NCBI RefSeq assembly: GCF_018977255.1
Contig: NW_024705592.1
Span: 1-32,682 of the forward strand
From: Callorhinchus milii
Lineage: Eukaryota
DNA length: 32,682 nt
Direction of reading: 5' to 3'
This document shows, piece by piece, positions 29,496-32,682 of this stretch. Made by a program: the position numbers and the translations under genes. How positions within the stretch are numbered: the first letter of the stretch is position 1; every line of letters starts with the position of its first letter. The notes under the pieces were generated by a model. The model did not search any database and had not been told where the DNA came from. It saw nothing but the letters and a program-made list of their open reading frames with translations.

Positions 29496-31260
29496 GTTGT
29501 GTGTTTGTGTGCGTGTAAGTGTGTATGTGTGTTTTTGGGTGTGTCTGTTTGTTTGAGAGTTTGCATGTGTATTTATGTGTTTTTGCGTTTGTTTGCGCGA
29601 GTGTGTTCGCGTGTGCGTTTGTGTGTGATTGTATGTTTTTCTTTGTGTGTGCATTTGTGTGTTTGATTGTGTGTATGTGTGTACGTGTATTGGTGTGTGT
29701 GTTTTTGTGTGTTTTTTATGTTTCTGTGTGCTTGCCCGTGTGCGATTTTGTGTGTATGAGTTTGTGAGTGTTTTTATGAGTGTTTGTGTGTGTTTCTGTT
29801 TGTGTGTGTGTGTATATTTGCTTATCTTTGTGTGTTTGTTTGTGTGTGTCCGTGTATGTGTATTTATGTGTGCGTTTGTATTTGATTTTGTGCTTCTGTT
29901 TGTGTTTGTGTGCTTTTGAGTGTGTCTTTACGTGTGTTTCCATGTGTGTGATTGTGTGTGTTGTGTTTGTTTGAGTGTGCATCTGTGTGCGTGTTTGTGA
30001 GTTTGTTTTTGTGTGTACGTGTATGTTTCTGAGTATATATATATTGTTTGTGTGTATGTTTATGCATGTTTTTGTATGTGTGTGAATTTGTGCTTGTGTG
30101 CGTTTTTCTGTATATGTGTATTTATGTGTGTGTGTTTTTGTGAGTGTGTGTTTGTTTCTGTGTGTGTGCGATTGTGTGCGTTTGTGTATTGGTGTGTTTA
30201 TTTGTATGTGTATGTGTGGGTACGTTTGTGTCTCTGCGATTGGTGTGGTTGTGTGCTTGTGCGTGTAATTTTCTGTTTGTATTTGTGTGTTTGTGCGCAT
30301 GTGTGTGTAGGTGTCTTTGTGTGTGTGTTTCTGTGCGTATATGCATTTCTATGTGCGTGTCTGTTTTTTGTCTGTGTGTTTATGTCTCTGTGTGGGTGCA
30401 TTTTTTCTGTGGGTCATGTGTTTGTGCATGTATGTGTATTTATGTGTGTGTTTGTGTGTGATTTTGTTTATGTTTGTATGTGTGCGTGTGATTATTTGTG
30501 TGCCTGTGTGTATGCATATGTGTGATTTTGTATGCACGAGTTTCTGAGTGTGTGTGCGTGTTTGTGAGTTTCTGGGTTTAGTGTGTGTATGTTTGTTTGT
30601 TTGTGTATCTTTGTATCTGTATTCATGTATGCGAGTTTGTATGTGATTTTGTGTGTCTGTATTTATTTCTGTTTTTATGTGTGTTTGTATATTTCTGTTT
30701 GTGCGTGATATCTGTTTGTGTGTACATGTGCGTGCATGTTTGTGAGTTTGTTTTTGTGTGTGCTTGTTTCTTTGTGTGTTTCTGTGTGTATGTATTTGTG
30801 TGTGTTTGTCTGTATGTTTGTGTATGTATGTTTGTGTTCATTTCTGTGTTTATGTGTGTTTACGTAGGTGCCTTTACATTTGTTTGTGGGTGCGTTTGCA
30901 TTCCTATCTGTGTGAGTATTTATTTGTATGTGTTTCTCTGTGTGCTTGTTTGTGTGTTTCTGTGTATGTTTTTGTACGTATGTGTTTGCCTGGGTGCGTT
31001 TGTGTGTGCGTTTATTTATGTGCATGAGTGTGTATGTGTGTTTCTATATGTATGTGTGTACTTCAGTGTGTCTGTGTGAATGTCTGTGTGTGCCTGTGTG
31101 TGTTTGGGTGTCTGTCTGTTTTTGTGTATCTGCATGTGGGTCATGTGTTTATATGTGTGTGTGTGAGTAAGAGTATATCGCTGGCTGCATCTGTGTTGGT
31201 GTGTATCCTGGTGTGCGCGTATTTGTGTGTGTGTGCATGTGTTTGTGTGTGTGTGTGTTG
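29496..31260 (+). repeat. Degenerate (TG)-rich tract
   Basis: TG-rich low complexity, partly collinear with 26520-27755 (e.g. GTGGGTGCATTTTTTCT, GTGGGTCATGTGTTT). Confidence 0.95.
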
Positions 31261-31365
31261 CACTCCTACATTCTGTCTGGCATCAAACAAACTGTGAGTG
31301 ACAGTGGGTTACACACACTGTGTTTACTCTGATCCCTGTTATGTCTCTATGTCTCTGATCTCCAG

Positions 31366-31536
31366 TCTGGAGGATAACAATCTGACAGCTGATTGTACCG
31401 AGGATCTGACCTCTGCTCTCAGCACAAACCACTCACTGATGGAGCTGTACCTCAATATTAATAAACTGGGAAATTGTGGAGTGAAGCCACTGTGTGAGGC
31501 TCTGAGGAACCCGGTGTTTAAAATACCGAAACTGGA
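31366..31536 (+). CDS. NLR gene, LRR exon 3 (171 nt, phase 2-2)
   Basis: Acceptor CTCTGATCTCCAG|, donor [66 protein letters not shown]. Confidence 0.9.
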
Positions 31537-31886
31537 GTAAGTAACACACTGTCTCCAGAGTCTGAATGACTCCAATATCTCAATGTGTTTATTGTGACTG
31601 TCTGATCAGTGCGGCTGAATATTGTGACAGTAACCGGTGTGACAGTGTAAGGCCACAAGCCATCGTTTACATCAAACTCTCAACATGTGTTAAAATGAAA
31701 CCATGTGCTGGAAACCCCATCTCTAGCGACATGCGGATCGTCACAGCTCTGACCCCTCCACTGGGTTTGAGGTTTTTTTTGTCAGAATCTTTCCAGTCAA
31801 AACGTCTGTGCAAAACCCTCCCCCAGAATAAGGTCTACACAGCTTCAGCCCTGAGTTAGCCTGTGTCTGCTCACACACTGCAGTCT

Positions 31887-32005
31887 GAGCCCTGTAGCTC
31901 AGTGGTTAGAGCCCTCACCTCGCTAGCGAGAGGGCCTGGGGGTGATTCCTGGCAGGCAAAACCTTACGGTTGTTCCTTACTCCACTCATGTCTGTTTTCC
32001 ACACA
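31887..32005 (+). mobile_element. tRNA-derived SINE head (diverged)
   Basis: GAGCCCTGTAGCTCAGTGGTTAGAGC...GATTCCTGGCAGGCAAAACCTT..TTCCTTACTCCAC, homologous to the 23034 and 7796 heads. Confidence 0.75.
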
Positions 32006-32082
32006 GTCAGTCACAATCCAGTTGTTGGACGATTTGCAGATCACATTTCCAGTGTTATTAATCCCTTGAAAACAATATTTCA

Positions 32083-32682
32083 TGAGAGAATGAGAGATAG
32101 ATGGGAAATGAGAGAGAGACAGACAGAGAGATACAGAGACAGAAAGAGATACTGAGAGAGAAGAGAGACTGAGTGAGAGAAAGACAGAGATAGACTGAGA
32201 AATAGACTGAGAGAAAGAGTGAGATACTGATAGAGAGAGAGAGACTAGGGGAGAATAAATTTAATATGTAGTCATTTTTTTGTGAGAGGGACTAAGAAAG
32301 TGAAAGAAAGAGTGAAGGAGAGAATAAGATAGTGAAGAGAGACTGAGGGAACGAAAGATAGAGCGAGAGGCGAATACAGAGACTGATAGATAATGAAACA
32401 GGGAGAGTGACTGAGAGAGAGAGACTAATTTAGAGAGAGAAAGAGGGAGAAAAAGAGAATCAGAGAGAGATTGAGAGAAAGAAACTAAGCAGGAGACAGA
32501 GAGAGAGAGACTGAGAGAAAGACAGGCAGAGTGAGAGAATAGGGTACATGACATCAACAACTACAACAACAAGATTCCATTTATTGAGCGCCTTTCACGT
32601 CGGGAGGACGTCCCAAGGCGCTGTACAGTTGGCTCATACAACATGTAGTGACTGTGTATTTTCTGGGAGAGACTAAGAGATA
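32083..32682 (+). repeat. (GA)-rich complex satellite, same family and orientation as 20442-25120, with an antisense SINE/L2 tail at 32555-32628
   Basis: Markers AATAAATTTAATATGTAGTCATTTTTTTGTGAGAG and ATGTAGTGACTGTGTATTTTCTGGGAGAGA; GCGCCTTTCACGTCGGGAGGACGTCCCAAGGCGCTG. Confidence 0.9.

Larger units (their letters stand above)
27964..31465 (+). repeat. Tandem LRR exon+intron duplication unit 2 (3502 bp); a partial unit 3 follows at 31466-31692
   Basis: See unit 1. The post-exon block is repeated a third time at 31537-31692. Confidence 0.9.
13650..31536 (+). pseudogene. Whole NLR gene model (about 997 codons in window if two single bases are restored): frameshifted as sequenced, so pseudogene or assembly error; incomplete at the 3' end
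   Basis: All eight exons have GT-AG sites and consistent phases after adding one base at 17885-17888 and one at 25272-25276. There are no in-frame stops otherwise, and the last donor at 31537 has no terminal exon in the window. Confidence refers to true pseudogene status. Confidence 0.35.

Overview
Repeat-rich vertebrate genomic DNA. The SINE/LINE content and the protein type point to a cartilaginous fish, plausibly a chimaera (inference). The window holds most of one + strand, multi-exon NLR (NOD-like receptor) gene. Eight coding exons can be joined by splice site and phase: 13650-14025, 15428-15594, 16052-16223, 16333-16398, 17190-18971, 25269-25354, 27864-28034 and 31366-31536. They encode a disordered N-terminus, a helical CARD-like region, FISNA-like/NACHT/HD1-WH-HD2 and ribonuclease-inhibitor-type LRRs; the gene runs past the window end. 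As given, the frame is broken twice, each time by one missing base in a homopolymer (A4 at 17885-17888, G5 at 25272-25276), so it is either a young pseudogene or, more likely, a long-read assembly error. The upstream 13 kb has a CpG-island promoter-like segment, a G-rich minisatellite, two paralogous promoter/5'-exon cassettes and a triplicated ~400-bp non-coding element. The LRR exons sit in tandemly duplicated ~2.7-3.5 kb exon+intron units that show signs of gene conversion. The intron after the NACHT exon contains a multi-kb satellite that flips orientation near 20441. CR1 and L2 LINE fragments, tRNA-derived SINEs and kb-scale TG/GA low-complexity tracts fill the rest. Almost all long ORFs in the track are low-complexity artefacts. 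I see no prokaryote-type system, CRISPR array or genuine tRNA/rRNA gene.
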